Both the position numbers and the translations under genes were made by a program. Under the pieces are notes generated by a model, which was not told where the DNA came from, did not search any database, and saw only the letters and a program-made list of their open reading frames with translations. From positions 9,571,648-9,635,647 of the forward strand of contig JASCQW010000112.1 of the NCBI GenBank assembly GCA_030264375.1: a stretch of DNA of 64,000 nucleotides, in the 5' to 3' direction. The stretch is from Carcharhinus longimanus (lineage: Eukaryota). Of this stretch, positions 29,096-39,723 are shown one piece after another. How positions within the stretch are numbered: position 1 is the stretch's first letter; the number at the start of each line of letters is the position of its first letter.

Positions 29096-29908
29096 TTCTT
29101 TTAGATTGGTGTATGCAGTAGACTAGAATTCCAGAAAATGTTTTGCGTTTGTGTGGGAATATATTTATAACACCATCACTTACACCTCCTGGAACAGAAC
29201 ATTCAGGTTGGAGCAGATTCCAGCATCCACAGTAATTTGCTTTTATTCAGGTTGGAATTCTTTGATCTGCAGAAATTGTGAAGTGAGGGGCTGAGCTAAT
29301 CGGGAGCTTGAAATATTAATGGAATTTGCTAGGTTGAATTCAGATGAGCTATTTAGCCTTGCAGGGAAATCCAGTTCCTTCACTGTTCCTGGGTCAAAAT
29401 CCTGGAACACGAGTCCAAAGGTGGGTGGGGCTGGGTAAGATACTCTTTCAGAGAGCTGATGCTGACTCATTGGGCCGATTGGCCTCTTCCTGTGCTGTAG
29501 GGATTCTGTGGTTCCAATACAGCACTTTTGCATTTTCCTTAACAAAACAAGTCATGGTTCCAATGCATGCCAAAGTTAGGTGCAGTGGAACTGAATTGTA
29601 TGTGCACAGCTCACTTCCAACAGGTTTAAGTCAGCAGAGGAGCAATTCGGTTTGAATTGAATTTGAACTCCAGACCAAAGGCAAAAGACCAGTATTAAAC
29701 AAACTGCACCTTGTTTAATACTGTAATCGATTTCCAAGATTGGGATTTAGACCAAATTATTTTCAAATATAGGAAATTTTGTTGCCATAATGAAAGTCCC
29801 CCACAATGAGTCCTGCTGCTGATTTTTCTATGTTAATTATGATTTTTAACAATTGCTTTACTGACACATTAATTGCTAAAGGTGATTGATGGAATTTTTA
29901 AAAATTAG

Positions 29909-30057
29909 GTTTACTGGCACAATTATCAAAGATGTCCTCAACATGGGTTCGTACAACTACCTAGGCTTTGCTGAGCGTCAAGGCTTCTGTGCCGATGCAG
30001 CAACGAGAGCAACTGTCCAGTATGGAGCTGGGGTTTGTAGCACACGGCAAGAAATTG
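29909..30057 (+). CDS. SPTLC2: SPTLC2 coding exon (exon 4 equivalent), 149 bp
   Basis: Bounded by aaattag| and |gtgagt. Translates [49 protein letters not shown](G), with the [10 protein letters not shown] motif of the alpha-oxoamine synthase family. Confidence 0.96.
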
Positions 30058-30277
30058 GTGAGTTCTAATACCACCAGCACAAATCTCTCTCAAACATTTA
30101 TTTTGACTTGTTGATAAATGTTAGAGAAAATAGTGTCGTTATGTTGACCGAACACACTTTTAAAAACAACTTTCCTTCTACTTCACATTTAGTTGTATAG
30201 CATTTTTGTGCTTAAGGAAGTACTCTTAAAGAAGAAACATGCCCAATCATGTAAACAATTTTACAGTGAGTAGCGAT

Positions 30278-30468
30278 GGGTGGGATTTTCTGGCCCTTCC
30301 CACTGGTGGGATTTTCCAGTCCCACCAAAGGTGACACCCCATGGCTGGACAAGCGACCCATGCAAAATACTGTAGACATCTGCGGGACTGGAAGATCTTG
30401 CTGGCTGCCAATGGCAAGCCATCTCCACCGCTGGAAAACAAGCTGCAGAGGGTCAGAAAATCCTGCCC
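30278..30468. mobile_element. MITE, probably PIF/Harbinger superfamily
   Basis: TIRs GGGTGGGATTTTCTGGCCCT and AGGGTCAGAAAATCCTGCCC; 3-bp flanks GAT and AAT; no ORF. Confidence 0.7.
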
Positions 30469-30487
30469 AATTACTTTTTTTAAATGC

Positions 30488-30527
30488 ATCACTTGTTGAC
30501 CTTTTGGCTAAGATCAAGTGTAATATC
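30488..30527 (+). pseudogene. U2 snRNA 5' fragment (nt 1-40), 3'-truncated
   Basis: ATCACTTGTTGACCTTTTGGCTAAGATCAAGTGTAATATC matches vertebrate U2 ATCGCTTCTCGGCCTTTTGGCTAAGATCAAGTGTAGTATC at 35 of 40 positions. No Sm site or 3' stems follow. Confidence 0.9.
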
Positions 30528-30598
30528 GACATGCTGTGCTTGGTTGAAGTCATTAGGTTACATTTTAGCTTAATCTGAAGCAATTTTTAAAAGCGACG

Positions 30599-30617
30599 TC
30601 TCGGCCTTTTGGCTAAG
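30599..30617 (+). pseudogene. Second U2 snRNA fragment (nt 7-25)
   Basis: TCTCGGCCTTTTGGCTAAG is a 19/19 match to U2 stem I. AGATCAAG (U2 nt 24-31) recurs at 30627 and 30680. Confidence 0.8.
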
Positions 30618-31156
30618 TTGCAAATGAGATCAAGCCTTGCAGAAGGTGCAATGCCTCTTCCAATCAGCTTGGATCATGTAGATCAAGCCCAAGACTGGAG
30701 GTGAGAGCCCTGTCTTGTCAGCTTGGATCAGGAATGTCTCAACTTGAGACTCTGAATTGGACTTGATTTGACTGAATTGGATTTTTAAAAAATTGCAGCA
30801 GAGGAGGACATGTATTTGAATTCTTCACACTGCATCAAACATGTTGCTATGCTGTGATTATTGCCTGTATTGGCTCACACTGAAGAAAGTGTCTACTTGC
30901 GAACAGGGTGAAAGGAAAAGAAATGAAAAGATCTGGTATCTCGAGTGTTTACTTGCAAACGTACAATGAGAATGGCAGAAGGCAGCAAATCATTTATTCC
31001 TTTTAAAAATCGTTCCAATACAGGACAGAGAGGTGCATTTTTTTACTCGTCATAAGGTGCAGTGATGTAGTTCTACAGTACCTTTTGTTTCAAACATCTT
31101 AATGTGTGATTAGCTAATCACTTTGAAATGCAGTGATGGTTGTTGCATAGGCAGTG

Positions 31157-31379
31157 ATGTGAAGTTGTCAGCATTGGACTGGAGTAGGCACAGTAAGTAG
31201 TGTCTCAACACCAGGTTAAAGTCTAGCAAGTTCACTTGGTAGCACAAGCTTTCGGAGCACTGTCCCTTCATCAGTGAACACTCACTGATGAAGGCACTCG
31301 CCTATGAAGGAGCAGCACTCAAAGCTCTTGCTACCAAATAAACCTGTTGGACTTTAACCTGGTTGTGAGACTACTAGCT
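31157..31379. mobile_element. Palindromic non-autonomous Penelope-terminus element with 14-bp TSD
   Basis: Arms CAACACCAGGTTAAAGTCTAGCAAG... and ...AACCTGTTGGACTTTAACCTGGTTG are inverted. TTGCATAGGCAGTG occurs at 31143-31156 and 31380-31393. Confidence 0.8.
31243..31276 (-). ncRNA. Minimal type I hammerhead motif (Penelope terminus, minus strand)
   Basis: Reverse complement reads CA-CTGATGA-A-GGGAC-AGT-GCTCC-GAAAGCTT-GTG. Core is intact; stem II has one mismatch. Confidence 0.65.
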
Positions 31380-31829
31380 TTGCATAGGCAGTGCTGTGAT
31401 TTTAAAACCTATTAATAATTGCAGATGTTTCATTGATTAAATATTGATAGGAGTTACAGATTAAATGCAAGAAATCTGGGACTGAGAGCAGCAGAAACTG
31501 GCTTCATGTAGGGTAGTGAGACTCTGGCATGCTTTATTGGAGCTGTGTGATGAAAGTGGAGATCTTCTCAACATTTGAGAAGAGGTTAGAGAGGTGATTG
31601 AAGGGAAGGAGACAGCTGAGTGGTATTGGGTCTGGTCTGTATGGAAGTAAAGCAACAGTACAAGTTGCTTCAACTGAATTACTATTACCCTGTTCTATGT
31701 AAATGATCCTATTGTAAAGAAGTTCCCAGAACACAGCATGCTGGGTAGCTCTCAGTAACACAAATGGCAATGTTTTGTTAATGACCTGTTTCTATGATAG
31801 TGGAATGATATTTATTTTTAAGGTATTCT

Positions 31830-32080
31830 AAGTTTATTTATTTTTGTTGCAAGTAGGCTTACATTAACACTGCAATGGAGTTACTGAGAATATCTCCTGA
31901 TCACCACACCTGGGGTCTGTTTGAGTACACTAGCCATGCTGAATTCTCCCTCAGTGTATCTAACCACATCATAGACATGGGGAGAATGGGCAGACACCAC
32001 ATAGACAGTGACCCAAGGCAGGAATCAAACCCAGATCCCTGGCGCTGTGAGGCAGCAGTGCTAACCACTGTACCACCGTA
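31830..32080 (-). mobile_element. HE1-like SINE
   Basis: GTGAGGCAGCAGTGCTAACCACTGT is the reversed head; AAGTAGGCTTACATTAACACTGCAATG is the reversed tail. Confidence 0.75.
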
Positions 32081-32532
32081 CATTCTGGATGTACTAGCAA
32101 GGGATATTCAATGCTGTATAACCAAGTGACTCCAATATATGGACATATCCCAGGGTGAACCTGAACTGGTTGTTTTTCTTTGTTCCTAATGACGATTCTG
32201 TTGCATATGTATAGTGAGAATAAAAATGTTTGTCTTTGTTTCCTGCTCAATACAGTTGCTTAGCTGGAAATGCAAAACCACAACCTTGTGATAGTGTGAA
32301 AATCCATTTCTGTCTGATCTGGGTAATGCATTCCAGAGCTAGTGTTTGCTGTTTTTTCTCCACAAATCGTGGTTTCTTAACACACCATCTTCTGGTTCAT
32401 CCATCTTGTATTCAAATTCAACCCTGGCGCATGAAAGCTGACAGACCAGTCTATAAAACACTTCTTTGGAGGACGATTTAGATACAAGACATTAATTCTG
32501 TTACTCTCCACAGATACTGCCAGACCTGCTGA

Positions 32533-32781
<249 letters not shown>

Positions 32782-33159
32782 TAATGACTCCCTTCTGGGA
32801 AGGCAGTGGCTTGGAATATGAAATCACAAACAATGATATTCCTCTGCAATCACATGGCTGTGGTGTACAATAAATAGCAAGCTATTTGCCAGTAGCTAAA
32901 ACCAAGCCTTTCTTGAAGTTTGCACAGTTGCTCTCCTGCAGGGATGAAGATCAAGTCTGACTGGTTCTCTTGCTCTCTTCCCTGTCCCCAGCACTTTGAA
33001 GTAGAGAACAGCCAGAACCAAAAGCATTCATGCTAATTGTAGTACTGAGGTCAGTTAGTTCAGATCCTGTTATTGAATCTGGATCTTCACTGTTAGTTGA
33101 GCAGTTTATCCACTTTGCTAACAGGGGAAATAGCAAGCTTATAATTTCACACATTTTTT

Positions 33160-33364
33160 TGATATGGAGATGCTAGCATTGGACCTGGGTGGGCACAGTG
33201 AGAAGTCTCTCAACATCAAGTTAAAGTCCAACAAGTTTATTTGGTAGCACAAGCTTTCAGAATGCTGCTCCTTGGCTCATCTGATGAAGGAGCAGTGCTC
33301 CAAAATCTTGTGCTACCAAATAAACCTGTTGGACTTTAACCTGGTGTTGTGAGACTAGTTACTA
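33160..33364. mobile_element. Palindromic Penelope-terminus element
   Basis: Same inverted arms around a central CTGATGAAGGAGCAGTGCTCCAAAA (decayed hammerhead). Confidence 0.8.
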
Positions 33365-33614
33365 GGATTTTTTAAATGGTGCACTCCTTTATTTGTAGTG
33401 ACCAAATTATAATTCCAGAGTTATATAAGTGTCAAACTGTAATCTAATGACTTTGGTACGAAATTAGCTACTCAGACTAAGTGCAATGGTCAAATAATTT
33501 GACAATGTGCTGTATTTTTCTCGTGTAAGAAACTTGCAGAATTGTCAATGTGCCTTTGATAGTGGTTGTAAAGTTATGTCTCACCCTGGAATTCCTCCCC
33601 AATACTTATTTTAT

Positions 33615-33985
33615 ACTTTCATGGAATATAGTGTTTTTAGCAAGGCCAGCATTTGTTGCCCATCTCTAATTGCCCTTGAATAGAGCAACTTTGCTAGGCC
33701 ATTTGAGAGGGCAGTTAAGAGTCAACCACATTATGGGTCTGGAATCATATGTAGGTCAGACCACATAAGGATATGATATTTCCTTCCCTAAAGGACATAA
33801 TGAATCAGATGTGTTTTTTATAACAATTGCTGATAGTTTCATGGTCACCATTACTGAGAATAGCTTTATATTTGAGTTTATTAACTGAATTCAAATTCCA
33901 CCAGCTGCCTTGGTGGGATTTGGACCCATGTCTCCAGAGGCCTGCCCTCCTGGATTGAGTCCAACAACATTGCCACTTACACCTC
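33615..33985 (-). mobile_element. tRNA-derived SINE family sharing its 3' tail with the 47.8/54.4 kb LINE
   Basis: Reverse of CCTTTAGGGAAGGAAAT...GTGGTTGACTCTTAACTGCCCTCT...GGGCAATTAGAGATGGGCAACAAATGCTGGCC. Confidence 0.7.
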
Positions 33986-34410
33986 TGTCTCATAGCATGA
34001 TGGGGAGCGTACTGACATTGAGTATGAGCATTTATGCCCACACAGGTATCTTGACACTCATTGATTTGTGTTCTGGAGTTACATAGTGACATCCACATTA
34101 TGGGATTAACTTCATACCTAATAAGACTGATAATTAACAGTGGATTAAGCAATAGCAACTTTTCACTGCGTTATCTCTTAGACTGCAACTCTAACAGTGC
34201 ATTTAAAATATAGCAGAGCTGCTGAAGCTAATTTGGAGCGTAACCTGATTTGTGTTACCAACGTGCTGAAAGTTGTAGGGTGGGTATTCACACTCAGATT
34301 CCCATTTGTCTATGCCCCATTGAACAGACACTTGTTACTTTGCAGAGCATTATGGGTGTAAATCCCTCAGTTTAGAATAAAACAAAACATGGATCCAAAG
34401 TTTTTTCTAA

Positions 34411-34530
<120 letters not shown>

Positions 34531-36434
34531 TAGAAATAAAGTTTGACTAATGGAGACTGAGCATGCTGAAATAAAGGCAGAATAAAGCATACCTGGATGT
34601 GAACTGCCAATTAGCTAAATTTTGTTGAGCTAGTTGTGAGCACCAGGATTGTATTAGTTTTCCTTTTACTGATGTCAGTTTATATTAGGCAAAAGCTATA
34701 TATTTTGAAAACTTCTCAATCATAACTTTTCAGGCACTTGAACCTTCAGCTGTCCGGGCAGTGAACCCCACAAATGACAGCTCCCCGGTTCAATTGATCT
34801 GTGCTACGTCATCATATCCAGATGAGTTACAGAGGCATACTAGCTAATCTTGATGCCTGTGAGTTGGAGAAATTATAATCAGCCAGCCATTCTGCTTGTG
34901 ATTTTTTTTTATCTAGAGAATTCTGGGTTTCAGATGAGTCAATTTCAACTTGACTATATTTGAGAGTAGACATTGAAGGAGTGATTGCCCATGAAAAAGT
35001 GGCCAAGTGACATGTACAGCTCGTTGCTGCTGAAAATTGAAACATTCGGAGAGTACCCTGAGATAGTGATGGTGTTTATGACAAGGCAGTGGCTCATCCC
35101 CTCAATTTCCCATCGGACTAAGTTTTGAACCAGGTGGTTGATTTTTTCAAAGGGAGAACTGTGGAATTGTCAGCTTGAACTGCATTTTCTTTTGGAGACG
35201 ATGTCTGGCACAAATAGAATGGGCTGAATGGCTTCCATCTGTGCCATGAATTTTCTTTGCTTCCACGTGTTGATGTTTCCATGCAGTGATGATGCCTCTA
35301 AAGTATTATGTATGATGACTATTCTAAAATGGCACTGCATGTAATTTTTCAGCAGCTTACTGTTGCTGTACCAGTGTTTATCGTAGGAAATACTCTAAGT
35401 ATTAAAACAAATTCCAGAAAGGATGCAATCTGCTTGTCACAATTGGCTGGACAACCCAATAAAAGCTTAAATTGTGTGGAAATGCATTACAGGCCAATCA
35501 GTAACTGGGGTTGAAACATTTTGGGGAAAGCGTCTTTTCATTGGAACCAAGGGCTTTCTATTCCCATTCTTGGTTATCTTCATTTAGTTTCTATCTGTAT
35601 TAAGGATGGGCTGAAATCTGTTAGAAATACTTGTCTCTTTTACACAAGACAAAGCTATTGGATTATTAACCAATAATTCAAATGTTGAGCTCTGCTAGAA
35701 AAATCCTATTGCTTAATGTGTTGACTACTGACTATTGGTCAATTATTGAACCAGCTCACTTGCATTATAATCCTTTCCTCTACAGAGAATCCTGCTCGCA
35801 GGTTTAGCAGTAAAGTGACAACCATTGTTTTACAAAGGAAGAGACCAGAGGCAAATAATTCATTTGCTTATTCATAGAAAAGAAGGAATTTCAATGAATA
35901 AACCTATGTTCATGGGATTATTAAGTTCATTTAAAAGATGCTCATGAATCTAATGGGCTGGAAACATAAATTATTTCTGTGAAGAAGAGTTGAATTGTTT
36001 GTGGCCATATTTCTGAAAATTTACATCACTACAACAATTTTGCATTAGCAACTTTGAGGTTGGGGGAGGTCTATTCTGCTCATTTTGAGTCATCCTCAGG
36101 ATGTGGGTATCACTTGGAATGCTGGCGCTTATTGCTTATCCTTAGCTGTCCTCAGGAAGGTGGGTCACTACCTTTAACTCCGCTTGCCAGTAATGGTTGA
36201 AGCAAATAGTGGAGGGAAGGGGGATACATAACCAGCTTGATGGCTACAGTTAAATCTGAGGAATCATTTAATATTGGAGGGAGGTGGCAGCTGATTATTG
36301 AAATATCATAGTAATGCCGTTATGTCCACTTTAGAGCCTTGTTGCCATCAGTGAATAGGAGTTTCCTTTTTTTTTACTCTTTCTCTCTTCTTCCCTCTGC
36401 CCCCCCACTGCATTTTTGTCATTAATTGAACAGA

Positions 36435-37780
36435 ACTTCTGCAGTGTTGAAAAGAGACATGCTGTCTACGCTTTTCATCTCCCACTCATCAGGATAGATC
36501 ACAAGATTACCAACAGTAAAGAGAACAATAATTTACACTATATAAGAAGTGTGCGGCTTTGGTTGCCAAGTTGACATTTGGCACAGACAGTCATGAAAAA
36601 TGTGGCAGGACACAGTTAACTACTAAGCCTTTATTTGAATTCAAACCAGGCAGGTAGGCTCTGGTCATCGTGGAGATACTGGTGTTGGACTGGGATGGAT
36701 AAGATGAGGTCACATGACACCAGATTAAAATCCAGCAGGTTTATTTGAAATCACAAGCTTTCAGAACACTGCTCCTTCGTCAGATGAAGTGGAGCAAAGT
36801 GCGCAGGCACAATAATTGGGTGGAGTGACGATAGCCTGACACTAACAAGTACTCGAGTGTCAAAGGATAAGTACAGTGTAATGCAAAGTAGGCTGACAAA
36901 AAATCATGAGTTCTATTGGATGAATGCAAGCAGTTAAGTATGTGTAAAGTGTCGACAGGCTGTATAACAAGTGAAAGGATGACTTAAGAACCGATAATTT
37001 AAAGCAGAGAGAGAATTACAAACAGTGAGATGGTGCTAAACACTACGCAAACTCAGGTAGAGAGATCATCACCATAATCAAGGTGTGCACGGTATCAAAA
37101 CAGGATAATGAGGGAGATTTTCCCCGACCGAACAGTATGATGGGGTTACATATAGCATGACATGAACCTAAGATCACAATTAAGGCCATCTCATGAGAGC
37201 AGAACTTCGCTACCAGTTTTTGCTTGGCGATTCTGCATTGCATGTCTCTACGGCTGCCTTGGAGAGCACTTATTCAAAGACCGGAGGCCGAATGTCCTTG
37301 GCCACTGAAGTGTTCTCCAACTGGGAGAGAACATGCCTGCCTGGCAATTGTTGCGTGGTGTCCATTCATCCACCATCATAGTGTCCAAATGGTCTCATCG
37401 ATATATCATGCTCTGGGGGCCTGCTGCATACGAGAGACTATGCTGGCCAAGTCACATGAGTACATACATACCATGTACCTGGTGGCTGGTGTTCCCCTGT
37501 GATGGTGGTATCCATGTCAATCTTGCATGTTCTGCAGAGGTCATGGTATTGCCATGGGAAATAAACCTTGGGATACCTGTCTCCCAAGATTTTGTTTTAA
37601 TTGAAAAGGGTGCAATGTGTGGGCGTGCTCCTTCTGCCTGTAAAGGACCGGGTCCTGTGTGGTGAATAGATATAACTTCTGGTTTGTATAAATGAATCAC
37701 ACTGCAAGCCTGCCTGATGATAAATTGGTTTTCAGTGTAATTCATAGCACAATCCGAATTGTTTTGCAAGCATTGTACAA
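36435..37780 (-). repeat. Older interspersed repeat split by the Penelope insertion (pieces about 36435-36668 and 37545-37780)
   Basis: Homologous to 850-1230 (AAACCAGGCAG, GCAATGTGT, CACACTGCAAGCC, GTAATTC) and to 20885-21050. Confidence 0.6.
36669..37540 (-). mobile_element. Decayed Penelope-like retroelement 3' part (GIY-YIG endonuclease remnant plus terminus)
   Basis: Minus-strand frameshifted peptides GNTSHQVHG..., a YIDET (YIG-box-like) motif, VGEHFSGQGHSAS and QCRIAKQKLVAKFCSHE. Its terminus at 36669-36790 is homologous to the palindromic elements. Confidence 0.8.
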
Positions 37781-38366
37781 ACACAGATTCATAATTAATG
37801 TTAAACATTCTTGAGTTTTGAAAGCATGGTTGGATGCAGTCTGGGCTGCCTGCTGCAAACAGCCAAAGGCACATGTTGCTTGATTCAATCTGTTGGTCAT
37901 TGGAATGTTTGGCCTACATACCTGGCATCATAACTGGAACTGAAATCCATATACCACATTACTCAGTAAGATAGGCAGAATGTCTTCATGGCTTGAGGGC
38001 AGCATCCAGTCAGTGGACGAAACCACTTGTGTGACTGCTGCATAGTAACAGCGTGAAAAAACTAGCTTCATCTGTTAATTAAATGTTTGAGACACATGGC
38101 TCTTCCAAGGTAGACTGGGCACTTTTCAGGACCGTGTGTGGCAGTCTTGTGATATACAACGAGCAATGATCTGATCAGGATAATGGAATAATGGCCACCC
38201 CAATCAAATGATTGTTCCCTTCTGAATTCTCCATGGCAGTACCTCTATCAATCAGAGTCCACATTCCTACCAGCTCTTTCTTCTCACACAGCACAAATTG
38301 TTGTTTCCTCTACTGTTGGTGTCCTTATGATCTGTGGTCTAGTGGTTAGGATTTGGTGCCCTCTTC

Positions 38367-38398
38367 GTTCTGATGAGTGCAAGATGAAAAGCTTAGAC
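38367..38398 (+). ncRNA. Minimal type I hammerhead motif of a second repeat family
   Basis: GTT-CTGATGA-GT-GCAAG-AT-GAA-AAGCTT-A-GAC. Related reverse-strand copies at about 20890-20932 and 36455-36495 share the flank GACAGCATGTCTCTTTT. Confidence 0.6.
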
Positions 38399-38814
38399 AG
38401 CATGTTTTTTTTTTAAGCAATACCCAAGTTCCTCTTTGGTATGCAGCTTTCAGGATGTGGAAATGATGTATATGGATCTTGGTTTTTTTATTACTGAGCA
38501 GTTGTATTCCTACACGAGAGTCATACAGCAATAAGGAACCATTAAAGTTATAAGTATGAACACAGTTGAATTTTTTTGAGGTAATCTAAGATTGTCACAG
38601 TGCAAAGTTAGACACGGGAATTCAAGAAAATGTCCCACCCTCCAAGACAAATGCACTTAACATTGGAAGTGCATTGGAATAATGCAGCATTTGCTTGCTT
38701 CGCACCCGCCCTTGGTCAATTAATACCTTGCAAAGTTTATCAAGGCATTTCAAGTTTCAGTAAAGTTGTAACCTAATGGCAGGTTGTATACTTAAATACA
38801 CAACCCTAGAGGTG

Positions 38815-39150
38815 CTGTGGCCTGGTGGTAATCCAGAGGCCTAGGCTAATGCTGTGGAGTTCAAGTGGCTGTGGAATTTAAATTCAATTAATAAAGATCT
38901 GGAAATGAAAGCTAGTTTCCAAAATGTTGACCATGAAGCTATCATTTGTTGTGAAAATCCATCTCCTTCCCTTTAGGGAAGGAAATCTGCTATCCTTATC
39001 TGGTCTGCCTGAAGGTGTCTGTAGATTCACACCAATGTGGTTGGCTTTTAAATGCCCTCTGAAATGGTCGAACAAACCACTTTCTCAGTTCAGGGGCACT
39101 TAGGGATGGGCAACTAATACTGGCCTTGCTAGCAGCACCGACATCCCATG
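38815..39150 (+). mobile_element. SINE, same family as 33615-33985
   Basis: CCTTTAGGGAAGGAAATCTGCTATCCTTATCTGGTCTG...TAGGGATGGGCAACTAATACTGGCC. Older copies at about 3100-3345 and 3990-4250. Confidence 0.7.
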
Positions 39151-39617
39151 NNNNNNNNNNAATCATTGCTGATCTGTATCTGATCTGCCTTGTTTTCATA
39201 ATCTTTATTGCCCTTGAATATCAGAAGTCAGAAATCTCAAATCTCACTTCTGATTTTTAAATTGATCCCAGCCTTTTGGGTTGGTGTTCCAGATTTCTAC
39301 TAATCTGGAATGGGAGATTGCAGGGGAGGCTGAAATGTTGGAATTATCTTAAAAATGCACAACGGGAGCAGTGTGGATTCTTTCTGGATGGTTAGGCTAC
39401 CATAGGCCAAATTTCTTCACCTACTAATATTGAGCTACTGTTTGCTTCAGTTCTCATTTTTATTTGCATTTGTCTCAATATTTTAAGGTAACAATGAGGA
39501 TTTTTTTATTTTGCGGGCCCTGACAGCTGGCTGTGGCTGAAAGTGCAGGCTGGTTTATCAATGGATGTTTGTGTAATGCCAACTCCATAGTCATTACAAT
39601 GCTTGTTTTATTTTCAG

Positions 39618-39723
39618 ATATGCAGAGCTTGGATAAATTGTTGAAAGACGCTATTGTCCATGGGCAGCCTCGAACTCGTAGACCATGGAAAAAGATTCTC
39701 ATTGTCGTAGAGGGAATTTACAG
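39618..39723 (+). CDS. SPTLC2: SPTLC2 coding exon (exon 7 equivalent), 106 bp
   Basis: Bounded by ttttcag| and |gtacaa. Translates [34 protein letters not shown](S). Confidence 0.97.

Noticed and set aside
30488-30617. Functional U2 snRNA gene
   Set aside because: Only the first 40 nt are present, the branch-point recognition sequence is mutated (GTAATA), and there is no Sm site or 3' stem-loops.
30627-30729. CRISPR-like repeat-spacer unit
   Set aside because: Only two units, vertebrate intron, no cas genes, and the interiors are self-complementary hairpins rather than spacers.
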